The translations under genes and the position numbers were made by a program. A stretch of 45,249 nt of DNA, taken from IMG/VR virus record IMGVR_UViG_3300045988_149840, positions 1 through 45,249 of that record. One strand, given 5' to 3'. Below the pieces are notes generated by a model. It searched no databases. It was given only the letters and a program-made list of their open reading frames with translations, and was not told where the DNA came from. Origin of the DNA: a virus. How positions within the stretch are numbered: the first letter of the stretch is position 1; each line of letters starts with the position of its first letter. Below, piece after piece: positions 20,562-32,300 of the stretch.

Positions 20562-21110
20562 ATGCCTACCTATATCACCACTGACGAAACGGGCCGCGTT
20601 ACTGCATCCGCAGACTGGCAATTCCCCGGCTCTGAGCCGTGCCCGTGCGAAGTTATACGCTATCCCAACGGTCAGCTTTACCGTGCCGATACTCTTCCGC
20701 CGGTTTACGCCAACCCTGGAACAGCAGAACAGCAAATCTCTGGAGATTGCCCGCCGGGTTGGGTGATGATGCCCGGCCCGCGACCCGAAGATATCAGAGA
20801 TGCGTCCGGCGTTGTCACGGAGACGTGGGTAGCTTCACAGCAAAGGGCATGGGAACGGATCAGTACCGCCTCTTCACGCATACGCGCAGAGCGTGACCGC
20901 CGCGTTGAAGAAAGCTCGTGGATTGTCGAGCGGCACCGCGATCAACTCGCCAATGGAGGGAGAACGACACTCACGGATGCAGAGTATCAGAGTTGGTTGA
21001 CGTACCGTCAGGCCCTTCGCGACCTTCCGCAGCAGGAGGGCTTCCCGTGGGAGGGGGGGCCTGACGATCCGGCGTGTCCGTGGCCTATCGAACCGAAGAT
21101 AATGAGCTAA
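20562..21110 (+). CDS. Tail fibre assembly chaperone
   Basis: The C-terminal pattern YQSWLTYRQALRDLPQQEGFPWEGGPDDPACPWP is typical of Tfa-type chaperones. Confidence 0.8.
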   Translation: MPTYITTDETGRVTASADWQFPGSEPCPCEVIRYPNGQLYRADTLPPVYANPGTAEQQISGDCPPGWVMMPGPRPEDIRDASGVVTETWVASQQRAWERISTASSRIRAERDRRVEESSWIVERHRDQLANGGRTTLTDAEYQSWLTYRQALRDLPQQEGFPWEGGPDDPACPWPIEPKIMS

Positions 21111-21113
21111 TTT

Positions 21114-23534
21114 ATGCGCATAGCCTACAAAAATTTCACAGGTGGAGAAATTTCACAGACGCTTTCCGCTCGTTATGATCTTTCGCGTTTTGGAACGAGC
21201 GTTCTTCGGATGGAGAATTTTACGCCGGGATTGCATGGAGACGTGCAGCGGCGGCCCGGCCTGCGGTTTGTGGGAGATTTGGGGCGGTATTCCATCCTGA
21301 TCCCATTCAGTTTCAACGTTGATGCCGCGCAGAATTTCGCCTTGATTTTTTCCGACAAGCTCTTGCGCGTCTCCGATGGACAAAACCTCCTTGATGTGAA
21401 CGTGGTGACGCCCTATGCCGAGTCCGATTTGCTGGGCCTTTCCTACGCGCAGGTTGGCGATGTGGTTTACATTGCCCATGAGAACTATCCGTTGCACAAA
21501 GTCATGCGGATGGGAAGCCCCGGGGCATACCAGTGGAGTATTCAACAAGCCGCTTTGAATACCAGCTTGGTCGCACCCGGCGCGCCTACCGTTTCCTTTG
21601 AGCGCAACAATCCTGATGACGATGCCGAACTTTCCTATACCTTACGCTACAAAGTGGTCGCAGTAGATGAGAATGGTAGAGAATCCCTTGCCTCACCCGC
21701 TGGCGAGACACAGGGCAAGCACCCCTCTGATTGGGTGACAGGAAATCAAGTTCGCATCTCATGGGCTGTCGTTTCTGGAGCCAAAGAATACAACGTTTAT
21801 CGGGAAGAAGCGGGATATTACGGATTTATCGGGGTTGCTGATTCTTCTCAAATCCAAGCAGAGAGTACTGTAAATACCGTTTATGCAGTAAGTGTTGGCG
21901 GACTCATCTTTTCAAAGACAGGCGTGGGATTAAAGGGAAGAGTGAATAGCGGTACAAAATCTATAAGCATTATAGAATCAGAAGGTTCCAACGCCTTTTA
22001 CCATGCCGGTTCTAGTCAGCTTTTAGTAGGAAATCCAGTAATCTATGGTGGATATTGGTATCTGGTTAATAATGTTCCTGGTTCTTTTATCGGAGATTAT
22101 AGTTCATATAACGCATACCCAGGATTTGGGTTATCCGATGATTATCCTGAAGGGATAAGCGGTGACCTTGCCGCTGTCCCTCAGTTCAATACAACGCATA
22201 CATATGCTCAGTATTTCATTGATTCCAACTATGAGGCGGATACTGCCGATACCCCAAAAGAAGATTGGAACCCCTTCGCCGATGGGAACAACCCGGCTAC
22301 CGTGGCCTTTCATCAACAGCGCATGATTTTGGGGGGCACCAAGTCCTCGCCGCAGTCTTTCTATGCAAGCCGGACGGGGGATTTCGAGAATTTCCGCAAG
22401 TCCAGACCATTGCAGGATGATGATCCTATTGAGTACGTGCTTGCATCGGGTAGCATTGATGCAATCCAATGGATTCAGTCTTTCGGGGACTTGCTCATAG
22501 GCACCAGCGGGGCGGAGTATAAGGTTACAGGCGATAACGGCGTTATTACCCCGAAAAATGTGAGCATTGTATCCCAAAGCTATTGGGGGTCTTCCGGTGG
22601 CCTCACGCCGCTGATTATCGGCAACTCGATCATGCACGTGCAGCGGCACGGCTCCCGTGTACGGGATCTGTTCTATTCCTTGGAAAAAGATGGGTACGCG
22701 GGCAATGATCTTTCGATCATGTCACCTCACCTTTTCGATGGTCACACCATTTTGCAATGGGCCTATCAGCAGACTCCGGGATCCAATATCTGGTGTGTGC
22801 GTGATGATGGTGTACTGCTGTGCCTTACCTACATGAAAGAACATGAAATTTTTGGTTGGTCACAGCATATTACTGATGGAAAGTTCGTTTCTGTCATGAG
22901 CATGTCCGGCGATGACAGCGACGTAATCATGTGCGTCGTAAAGCGCAGTGTCGGCGGGGTGGATCATTGGTTCCTTGAACGCATGGCGGAACCATTTATG
23001 CCCATGACTGCGATAGAGGACGCCTTTTTCGTCGACTGCGGCGTTACCCGATCCAGCGCGGAACCCGTTGAAGTCGTCTCAGGCCTTGGGCATTTGGAGG
23101 GCCGGGAGGTTTCCGTTCTCGCGGATGGCTCCCCGGTTGAGGGGATGGTAGTCAAGAACGGATCGATTACGCTTCCCTATGCCGCCAAGAAAGTGCAGGC
23201 AGGACTGAGATTCTCGTCTGTTCTTGCGCTGCTCCCCGTTGAAGCGGACACGCAGGCGGGGAGCACGCTTGGAAAGATGCGGGCCTATGGGAAGTGCCTT
23301 GTCCGTCTTTTCCGCAGCGTGGGCGGCAAATACGGCTCACGAGAGGACGAACTTTATGACTTGCCCTTCCTCCCCTCCTATTATGGCGAGCCTTGCGAAC
23401 CGTTTTCAGGTGACATCGAGTTCAACCCCAACAGCGGGCAAGAAGCGGATACGACCGTGTGGTTGGTGCAGGATAGGCCCATGCCGTTCCATGTGGTTTC
23501 GGTGATGTGCAGCGTAGACTTTGGGGAGGTTTGA
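21114..23534 (+). CDS. Tail tubular protein B / nozzle (T7 gp12-like)
   Basis: The N-terminus YKNFTGGEISQTLSARYDL...QRRPGL parallels gp12. The call also fits its 806-aa size and its position. Confidence 0.85.
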   Translation: MRIAYKNFTGGEISQTLSARYDLSRFGTSVLRMENFTPGLHGDVQRRPGLRFVGDLGRYSILIPFSFNVDAAQNFALIFSDKLLRVSDGQNLLDVNVVTPYAESDLLGLSYAQVGDVVYIAHENYPLHKVMRMGSPGAYQWSIQQAALNTSLVAPGAPTVSFERNNPDDDAELSYTLRYKVVAVDENGRESLASPAGETQGKHPSDWVTGNQVRISWAVVSGAKEYNVYREEAGYYGFIGVADSSQIQAESTVNTVYAVSVGGLIFSKTGVGLKGRVNSGTKSISIIESEGSNAFYHAGSSQLLVGNPVIYGGYWYLVNNVPGSFIGDYSSYNAYPGFGLSDDYPEGISGDLAAVPQFNTTHTYAQYFIDSNYEADTADTPKEDWNPFADGNNPATVAFHQQRMILGGTKSSPQSFYASRTGDFENFRKSRPLQDDDPIEYVLASGSIDAIQWIQSFGDLLIGTSGAEYKVTGDNGVITPKNVSIVSQSYWGSSGGLTPLIIGNSIMHVQRHGSRVRDLFYSLEKDGYAGNDLSIMSPHLFDGHTILQWAYQQTPGSNIWCVRDDGVLLCLTYMKEHEIFGWSQHITDGKFVSVMSMSGDDSDVIMCVVKRSVGGVDHWFLERMAEPFMPMTAIEDAFFVDCGVTRSSAEPVEVVSGLGHLEGREVSVLADGSPVEGMVVKNGSITLPYAAKKVQAGLRFSSVLALLPVEADTQAGSTLGKMRAYGKCLVRLFRSVGGKYGSREDELYDLPFLPSYYGEPCEPFSGDIEFNPNSGQEADTTVWLVQDRPMPFHVVSVMCSVDFGEV

Positions 23535-23535
23535 T

Positions 23536-23991
23536 ATGGCGCTTACTTTCCAGACGGAATCCCTTTTCCCTGATCTGTTCTTTGAGATGAAGCCTCTTCT
23601 TGAACGGCATTGGGATGAGATCGCATTGAAGGATGCCTTTGGTCCAGTGGACATTGACGAAAACGCTTATCGTGCGCTGTACGAGTGCGGAATGCTGCAC
23701 GTAACCACGGCGCGGGATGAAGGGCGGCTTGTCGGGTATGCCGTCTATTTCGTCATGCATAACTTCCACTACAAGACCCGGCGCGTTGCCGAGTCTGACG
23801 TGTTCTTCCTGCTTCCTGAGTATCGGAAAGGGCTGGTCGGATTCCGGCTGCTCCGCGAGGCTGACAGGGCTCTTTCCGGCATGGTTGATATTATCGTCAA
23901 CAAGGTGAAGGCCGCGCATGACTGCGGGAGGCTGTTCGAGCGCATGGGCTACCATCTTGCGGAGAAGAACTACATGAAGGTGGTGGCGTAA
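23536..23991 (+). CDS. GNAT-family acetyltransferase within the virion module
   Basis: GGGGAGG RBS; the GNAT-like core is LVGYAVYFVMHNFHY...PEYRKGLVGFRLLREAD. Confidence 0.8.
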   Translation: MALTFQTESLFPDLFFEMKPLLERHWDEIALKDAFGPVDIDENAYRALYECGMLHVTTARDEGRLVGYAVYFVMHNFHYKTRRVAESDVFFLLPEYRKGLVGFRLLREADRALSGMVDIIVNKVKAAHDCGRLFERMGYHLAEKNYMKVVA

Positions 23992-24581
23992 TGGCGTTCA
24001 CATCTTCACTCGTCGCGCTTGTCGGCACGGGACTGAGCACGGTCGGTGCCTATCAGCGGGCAAAAGCCCAGAAGTCTCAGGCAGAATACAATGCGGCGAT
24101 AGCCACCAAGAATCAGGAGCTGGCGGAAGATCAGGCGGCGGCACAGCGGCGCGAGGGCTATGAGAACATGGTCAAAAAACGCCAAGAGGTAGCCGGGGTT
24201 ATCGCCAGCCAACGGGCGGCTATGGGCGCATCGGGGGCTCAGGTTGACAGGGGCTCTTTCCTCGATCTGGAACTGGATACTGCGGAAAAGGGCGAGATAG
24301 ACGCCTTGGCTCTGTATCAGCGCGGTTTGGACGCCGCATACAATACTGAAGTTCAAGGTTGGAACTACGGGCAACAGGCTAAAGCATACGAGTCTCAGGC
24401 CGACAATATCAACCCCGGATGGGCGGCTGCAGGTACGGCAATCGGCGGCCTGTCGGCAATCGGGAGTAATTACGGTGAAAGGCTTTGGGGTGGGGGAAGC
24501 CCTCTTTGGAGCGGAACTGATGAAAGTGCAAAGAATGCCGTAAGTTTCAATACTTGGAACAAGAATAAGGGGTGGAAGTAA
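23991..24581 (+). CDS. Internal virion protein (gp14-like position)
   Basis: It has an N-terminal hydrophobic segment and is A/Q-rich. The call is by synteny. Confidence 0.7.
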   Translation: MAFTSSLVALVGTGLSTVGAYQRAKAQKSQAEYNAAIATKNQELAEDQAAAQRREGYENMVKKRQEVAGVIASQRAAMGASGAQVDRGSFLDLELDTAEKGEIDALALYQRGLDAAYNTEVQGWNYGQQAKAYESQADNINPGWAAAGTAIGGLSAIGSNYGERLWGGGSPLWSGTDESAKNAVSFNTWNKNKGWK

Positions 24582-24584
24582 CAT

Positions 24585-26348
24585 ATGGCTGGTCTTAGGG
24601 TTCCTGAAAAGCGGTCCGGCGGTATGCCGCAGTATCGGCAGCAGCCCGCATATAATACCACGCCCGGAGCCAATCTCGGCGCGCGACTTTCCGACAGTGC
24701 TGGCGGCATTGCGGCACAGGGGGCACAGGCTGGTTGGCAGGCCGTCATAAATACCGGGAAGGCCGTACAGGGCGCCGCAAAGGTTGGTTTCGACCTCTAT
24801 ACCGAATACAGCCGTACCAAGGCTCAGGAAGCCTACAACAAATTTCAGGAGTCCATGCAGGCCGATTTGTACGGAGAAAACGGCATTTTCAACAGGAAGG
24901 GGGAAAATGCGCTTAGTTCCGTTGCCGACGCTGAAAAGCTCATGAGGGAACGGGCCGGAGAATTTGAAAAGAACCTTGGCGACATGGGCAAGGAATTTTT
25001 CCAAAAGCAGATCGGAACATACGGGCGCCAGCTTTTGCCGCAGGTGCAGCGCCATGCGACCAGTGAGTTCAATACGTGGCAGATCAATACGCAGAAGACA
25101 CGGGCGGAACTGGCAAAAAACGCTGCCCTTGAGAACTATAACGATCCTGAAGTGTTTGCCCAAAAACTACAGGAAAGCGGGCTGGCGATCATGGAGATTG
25201 CCCGTATCAGCGGGTGGTCTCGTGAGCAGATGGAGCTTGCCACGCGGGAGAACGCCAGCGGCATTTATCTTGAGGTAGGGAATGCGGCTCTGTCTCGGGA
25301 CAATGTGAAGCAAGCGCAATCCGTGTTGGCGTCGGGGATGCTGACGGGAGAAGACAAGATCAGGCTTGAAGCAGCCATCCGGAACAAGCAGGAACAGCTT
25401 GAAGCCAAGGCCCGGGCAGAGGAGGAGCGGGCGCGTGCGGCGCAGGAGAGGGCACAGAATCAGGCGGCGGCACAGCTTGGAATAAGCCTGTTCCAACAAT
25501 ACGGGAACAACGCGGAAAGCGTGCAGGAACAGATCGGAAAGATAAAGGATCCTGTGATGCAGGGGAAAGCGATTCAGTCCTACCTCACGCAACAGGGATT
25601 GCATGAACGGTTGCAGCAACAGGCAGAAGTCCAGCAAAAGGCGGCTGCCTACAATGATGGCGTATCCCAAACAGAGGCGGTGCTGAAAGATACCAACCTC
25701 ACCAATGATGAGAAGAATACAAGGCTTGCGGAGATTCAGGCGGGTATTTCCGACCCTAAGACGCGCAAATCCGTAGCCGATTATCAGGATTTTCTGATCA
25801 ATGGGGTTGAGGCTCCCGTCGATGACCGTATTCTTGCTGACGCTCAATCATACGCTGCACAGCCGGGTGTGACCGCCGATATGGTAACTGCTCGTTTTTC
25901 CGGTTTCCTTCCCCCCTCCGCACTTCAAAAGGTAAGAAAAAGTGCTGAGGATCAGCAATGGAAGCAGGAAGAACAGCTTTTGAAGGATGAGCTTATCAGC
26001 ACGTTGAAGAATAGATTTAACTATAGAGATGCTGACGCGCAATCTGTTTATCGTTTGATTTTGAGTCAACTCAACGGAACAGTCGGCTATGAGGCCAGAC
26101 GCAAGAAAGCACAATCCCTTGCTGTGGAAATTACTGTTGATAAAGGAAGATGGTCTTGGGGTAAGGACATTCCTGCCGCATCATTAGCGCGTTACCAAGA
26201 GCAGGGATACCGGTTCTCCAAAGTGGTGGAAATTCCTGAAACCGTAAAGCCGATGATTGATGAGGCTCTTTCCGTTCAGGGAAAAGAATTGACGGATGAG
26301 AACCGTAAGGCGCTTTATCAGAAATACCTCAAGCAACAGGGGAAATAA
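24585..26348 (+). CDS. Internal virion protein (gp15-like position)
   Basis: 587 aa, helical and Q/A/E-rich. The call is by synteny. Confidence 0.75.
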   Translation: MAGLRVPEKRSGGMPQYRQQPAYNTTPGANLGARLSDSAGGIAAQGAQAGWQAVINTGKAVQGAAKVGFDLYTEYSRTKAQEAYNKFQESMQADLYGENGIFNRKGENALSSVADAEKLMRERAGEFEKNLGDMGKEFFQKQIGTYGRQLLPQVQRHATSEFNTWQINTQKTRAELAKNAALENYNDPEVFAQKLQESGLAIMEIARISGWSREQMELATRENASGIYLEVGNAALSRDNVKQAQSVLASGMLTGEDKIRLEAAIRNKQEQLEAKARAEEERARAAQERAQNQAAAQLGISLFQQYGNNAESVQEQIGKIKDPVMQGKAIQSYLTQQGLHERLQQQAEVQQKAAAYNDGVSQTEAVLKDTNLTNDEKNTRLAEIQAGISDPKTRKSVADYQDFLINGVEAPVDDRILADAQSYAAQPGVTADMVTARFSGFLPPSALQKVRKSAEDQQWKQEEQLLKDELISTLKNRFNYRDADAQSVYRLILSQLNGTVGYEARRKKAQSLAVEITVDKGRWSWGKDIPAASLARYQEQGYRFSKVVEIPETVKPMIDEALSVQGKELTDENRKALYQKYLKQQGK

Positions 26349-29300
26349 TGTCTCAGAATCCGTTCATGAGTGTTGAAAAAAAGGGGGTTCTTTCTCCCTC
26401 TACCAATCCCTTCATGGGGATTACGCTTGAAGATTCCGACTTTGAGCAGTCGCAAAAGGTTTCCCCAGACTATGACCAGATCGAGGCCGTGGCCTCTGGC
26501 GATCTTTCCGCTACCGGGTACGAGCCCGATCCGCAGGTAATTGCCGAGTTTCAGCGCGTTCCGCAAATCAACATTCCGGAAGAGGCTTTTGCCGGGTATG
26601 TTCCTGATACCAGCGCGCCTGATTTTTCTGGTCTTCGTGCTCCTGATACGGCCTTTGAAGGCTACGCTCCGGAAAGGATGGGTCAGCCTTCGGATGAAGC
26701 GCAAGCTCTTGTATCCTCTCTTGCGGAGAATTTTAACCGGAACGCGGAAATGGTCTTTTCGGATGCGGAGTATGCCGCGCAGAGTGAAAGCCAGCAACGG
26801 AGAAGACAGGTGGAAGCGGATCTTGCGCAAGATCTGGATCTTCGCGCCCGCACGGTAGCCGAAACCTTTCCTAATCCGCTTCCTGCCGTGGAACTTTCAA
26901 ACAAAACAGGCATCCCTGTAGGTACGGTTTTGGAGAACCACAGGGAGATCGCCCGGGTCTATGATGCCGCACAGAATGGACCGACGCGCCGGTCAGCGCT
27001 GGAAAAGCTGATTCGTGATGAGCCGATTACCGGGCGCTGGCTTGTGCAGCAAGGCGCGGCCATGATTGCCGGACTTGGTGATCAGCTTCCTGAGATTGGA
27101 GCATTTGAAAGACTTTCGCAAGAAATGCAGGAGGCAAACAGAGTTGGTCGACTCCAAATTGAGCAGACTGATCTTTTGAATAAAGTTTTCTGGCAAGACA
27201 ATCCCGACCCTGCCGACCTCCAGCGCATCGATCAAATCAATTGGGAACTTTCCATCAACCAAGCCTATCGCCAAGATGAAAGCTTTTTGATGGGGGCATA
27301 CCGTAGCTCCTTTTCCACGTTCGTTCCTCAAGTTGCTGAGGGTGCCTATCGTTCCATACTCGGCGGGGCACAGGCCGGAGCCGCTGCGGGCATTGCTACT
27401 TCTGCCTTTGGTCCCATATCCGGTGTCTCTGCTGGCTCCGCTTTTGCTGCAGGTGCCGGGGCCGCTGGCATCCGCTATGCTTTTGAAATGTCCCTCGGGG
27501 AAATATACGGTTCGCTCTCACAGTTGAAAGACGAGAACGGGCAACCTCTCCCGCGTGATGAAGTACGCCTTCTCTCCTTCCTTGGTGCCCTGCCTTCCGG
27601 AGCATTGGAGGTTGTGGGCGTACATAAGGCTCTTTCTCTTATTCCCGGCGCTGACAAGCTCCTGAATAGAGCTACAGTGGCCTCCGCACAACAGCTTTTG
27701 AGCCGTAATCCTTCCCTGTTGAAAGCCGTAGGAAAGGGGGCAGGGGAAGCCCTGGGAGCATTGGCTACCGAAGTCGGCGTAGAGACTGCACAGGAAGGGA
27801 TTAACATCATCACAGAAGAAGCCGCGAAACAAATCAGTGACCAGCCTTTCCGTCTGACGACAGGTGAAGAAGCCGCTGAACGGCTTTCTGACGCGGCCTA
27901 TGAGTCTCTTAAAGCGTTTGTTTTGCCGATTGGCGTAGGCGGCGGGGCTATGCGCGTCCGTTCCGCCGTGCGCGATTCCAGAAGGGCAATGAACAGTGCG
28001 AATACATTGCAGTCTCTTTCTGAACATGCCGCCAACAATAAGCTGATTAAAGAAAGTCCCTCCTCTGCTGAACAGCTCATTGGGCAGTTGAAGGAAGAGG
28101 GAGTTTTGGGAGATCTGTACGTTAATCCTGAAGCCATGCAGCGCGTTCTTTTCCAGTCTGATGAGGGGTTGCAGATTGCGCAGCGTATCAAGGTATCCGC
28201 TGAGGATGTCGCGGACGCTATGGCTCTCGGAACTCCGGTTGCCATTCCGATGGAAAAGGCAGTCCCTTATCTGCTGAATACGGCGCAGGGGAAGGAGCTC
28301 TTGCAGGACTCCACGCTGGATCCTTCGATCATGTCTCCCGGTGAAGTTCAGGAAGTGACCTCCGGGATGACGCAAGAACAGCTTGCACAGATTGAGGCGC
28401 TCAATTCATTCCTCGATTTCGTTGATTCAAGCATTGAGCAGGCTCAGAACAACAGGGAAAGCTTTGACCGCATTGCGGCCCCCTACGTCCAACAAATGCG
28501 CGACGCAGGCTATTCTGAGTCTCAGGCGCGGCATTATGGCGATCTCCTTGCCGCCAATGCGGAACGTATGGCGCCGATGTACGGCATGGAACCTGCCGCA
28601 TGGCTTGAATCCCGGTTGCAGGGCATCCAACTCATAGATCTCAATGCCCCCACGCAGGACGTTCTTGACGCCCGTACACAGCGCGCCTTTGCCCGCCAGC
28701 CTTTGGCTGAACGCGATCCTTTGTTGGCTTTGGTATGGGGACGGCTTGACGGGAAAAGCCTTTCCTCAGCCTACAATGCCGATACGCTCAAGGAAATTAC
28801 GCGAGCAAGAGGGCGTGGACTCTTCAAGTCGAGAGAGAAGGGCGGCATTCCCATTGACGAGCTTGCGGATGAAGCCGTACGCCGTGGGCTTCTGCCGGAA
28901 GGAAGCGGGGCGGATGAACTTGTTGAGCGATTGAAGCAGGACCCAAGCACGTATTATCAAACCGCTTATCACGGTACACCACACCGTTTTGATGCGTTCA
29001 GCCTTGATGCCATAGGTACCGGGGAGGGGAATCAGGCACATGGTTGGGGGTTGTATTTTGCAAAAGAGCGAGGGACAAGCGAAAGGTACAAAACCGGCCT
29101 TGGGGTTAATATCATTCTTGATGGCAAGCCGTTCTATGATGGCGTGAGAGGCAGACTGGAATCCAGCACTGGAAACAGGATTGCTGATGATACACTGCTT
29201 GCGTTCAACGGGAATATCGACGAGGCCATAGCGGAGTTGCAAGATGATGTTGATTATGGCGTACCGGAAGCTAAAGAAGCTCTTGATGTCTTGCAGGGAA

Positions 29301-32300
29301 TCAAGGCTGACAACAGGCTTCAGGTTGAAGAACGGGGCCAGCTTTTTGAGGTTGATATTCCGGAAAACGATGTCCTGCTGGATGAGGGAAAAAGTTACTT
29401 CAAGCAGAGCGACAAAGTACGGGATGCTTTGGCAAAGGCCGGGCTGGGGAGTCTTTACAACGAGACATATAAATATTTCAAAGAGACTTTTGGCGATGCG
29501 GCGGCAAAAGAATTGGATGAAGTTTTTGAGCCGATTAGCAGAGGTGTCATCATTGGTACTGTTGGACCCGACACGCTGAGAAAAAAATATGGAGAAGATG
29601 CGTTAGACGATGAAATAACAGCGGCGATCAAATCAGAGCTAAATATACTGATAGATAACTTGTGGGATCCTAATGGAAAAAACAACGCCTTTCATAACGG
29701 AAGGAATATCTACAAATACTTTTCCAGCCGTGACAAAACAGATCGTGCGGCTTCGGAATCGCTCAACGCCGCTGGCATTAAAGGCATTACCTACGAAGGC
29801 GGGCAGGATGGTCGGGCTTTCGTCGTGTTCGACGATGAAGCGATCAATATACTGAATACCTACTATCAGCGAAAAAATGAAAACAATATCCGGGGGAAAA
29901 TAGAACCTACTGCCAACGGAAAATGGCTGATCAGCGTTTTCAAGGGCAAAAAGAACCTTTCCACGATTATCCATGAGACGGGCCATTTCTTCCTCGAAAA
30001 CCTCCGGGATGCCGCTGTGCTTGAGACGGCTCCGGATTGGGTCAAAAACGATTGGGCTGCTATCAAGGGTGAACTCGGCATCAAGGATGACGGCTTTATC
30101 GAGCGGGAAGCCCACGAGAAATTTGCCCGCCAGTTTGAAGCCTACGCCCGTGAAGGGAAGGCCCCCCGGCCTGAGTTACAGTCGGCGTTCAATCAGTTTC
30201 GGGCGTGGCTTACTGCGATCTATCGTTCCGTCCGGCGTTTGCTTGGTGACGCGGAACTTTCCGCCGATGTGCGCGCCGTGTTCGACCGACTTCTTGCCAG
30301 CGAAGAGGATATTGCCTCCGCTCGAAAGAGAGGCGCACCTGAGCCAGTCATTGAACGCGCCTCAGAAGCGCTTGGCATTCCCACAGAACGCCTCTCTGCA
30401 TACCGTGAGGCCGTGTCCAGAGGTATGCAAAAGGGGCAGGCTGAAATCGCGTTGCGTCGTATGCGCGAACAGAAACAGGTCGAATACGAGGCGAGGGGAG
30501 AGGCACGGGACTTTATCGAGTCAGCTCCGTTTTATCGTGGTATGCGTGATCTCTCGATGTCAGGCGGCATAGACTGGCAATCACTCATCGGAATGGCCAC
30601 TGAGGATCTGGCGTGGCAACTGCGTGAAAAATGGAATGCCGGACGGGGAAAAAATATTGTTCAGCAACGCGGCGGGATGACGCTTGACGATGCAGCGGCT
30701 TATCTTGGAGTACGTGATGGAACGGAAGTCCTCGCGGCGCTCATGAACGAACCCACAGCCCGGGAATACACTGAAACTCATGTCCAGTCGAAAGTTGCCG
30801 AATGGGAAAAGGTCTATTCCCCTGACTTTGAGTTCGTGAACGATGCAATGGATGAGGCTTTGCGTGTCGAGATCGAATCCCTCGGCGGGAATGCGGGTCC
30901 CACAACCAAACATCTGCGGGATGTCGTTGATAAGCGTGTTGGGGTAAAAAAAGGTTCCGTTGTCGATGCGGAATACAAGGCGCTCACCGCTGCCGTCCGT
31001 AAACAGAAGCGTCTTATCGAAGAGGCCGTGCGGGAAGTCCGGCGGGAAGAGAGGGCGGCGGCACGAGAACGGGTCAAGACTGAGCGCGCGGGGCAACGTT
31101 GGAGCGACGCCGCGAAGAATGCGCGGATAGATGAACTGCGCTCTCGGCTGGCGCAGCTCAAAGAAGAGGAGCGGTTGAAGCGTGCGGCGCTCGGTGCTGC
31201 CTATCGTGCGCGGATTGAGCGGAATCAGACGACACGCCAGATCCGGCGTATCGCGCAGTCAAAGAGCATTCCCGACACATTCAAGCAACAGATACTTTCC
31301 CTGATTGCGCATTTCCCGGGATTGGGTACTGAGCGCATGGCTCCGCGCCCTGATGAGAACCGTCCTACGCTGCTGCAGTTCCAAGAAGCCCTTGGCGTAG
31401 AATACAGCTTGGACGATACCGGGGGCGCTTCCCCCATTGCCTCGTGGATTTTTGAAGAGGCGCAGCGGCAAGGGCCGCGCCGCGCAAGCGATCTTTCCCT
31501 GTCCGAACTGCGCGACGTGTACGACGCAATCAAAATTCTGGCGCGTCAGGGACGCACTCAGGACGCCCTGATCGGTATGCTGCATGAGCAGGAACTCAAT
31601 CAGGCCGTGGCGGAAGCCGTGGCGCCGATGGCTTCCCTGAGCGAGACGAAACATATCACGGCTGACGAACGCAACCGCTTGCCCGGCGCGCTACGCTCGT
31701 GGTTCCGGGATTCCCTCGCCAACATGAAAGTGATGCGCTACCTGTTCGATGCTGCGGACGGCTACCGGGCGGATCATGACGGCCCGAACAGCCGACTCAT
31801 CGTGCAGCCGCTCCAGCGTGCCGCGTCGCAGGAACAGGAGCTTTTCCGCAGCTTCGGAACGTCGCTCCGGACACTGCTTGAACCGATTACGAGCCGGGGT
31901 ATGCACAAGACCTTCTCGATTGATGGTGTCCGTATGCTGCCCGATGTCGAAAGGGAATTCGGCGGCCAGTGGACAATGGAGCGTGTGCTGTCCGTGGCCT
32001 TGAATATGGGCAATGACGGAAACCTTGCGGCGCTCCAGCGCGGCTACAACTGGAACACACAGGATTTGGAGCTGATCACCCGCAGGATAACCAGCGCGGA
32101 ATGGCGTTTTGTTCAGAGTGTATGGGACTTGCTCGACCAGCTGTACCCTGTAATCAACGCCACCTATGAGAAGATGTACGGCATCCCGCTGAAAAGGGTT
32201 GAAGCCAAGCCCTTCACGGTGGTTTCCGCTGATGGTGAAACCATCAATATGCGTGGCGGCTATTATCCTTTGAAGTTTGACAAAAGGTTCAGCGAGACGG

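Noticed and set aside
24006-25163. Long antisense ORFs: 24006-25163 (385 aa), 31691-32776 (361 aa), 27518-28375 (285 aa), 11292-12131, 13915-14727, 15130-15885, 15807-16628 and 9352-10110
   Set aside because: All lie opposite well-supported structural, terminase or lysis genes. They have Arg/Pro/Gly/Ser-rich low-information translations typical of GC-rich antisense frames. They lack RBSs.
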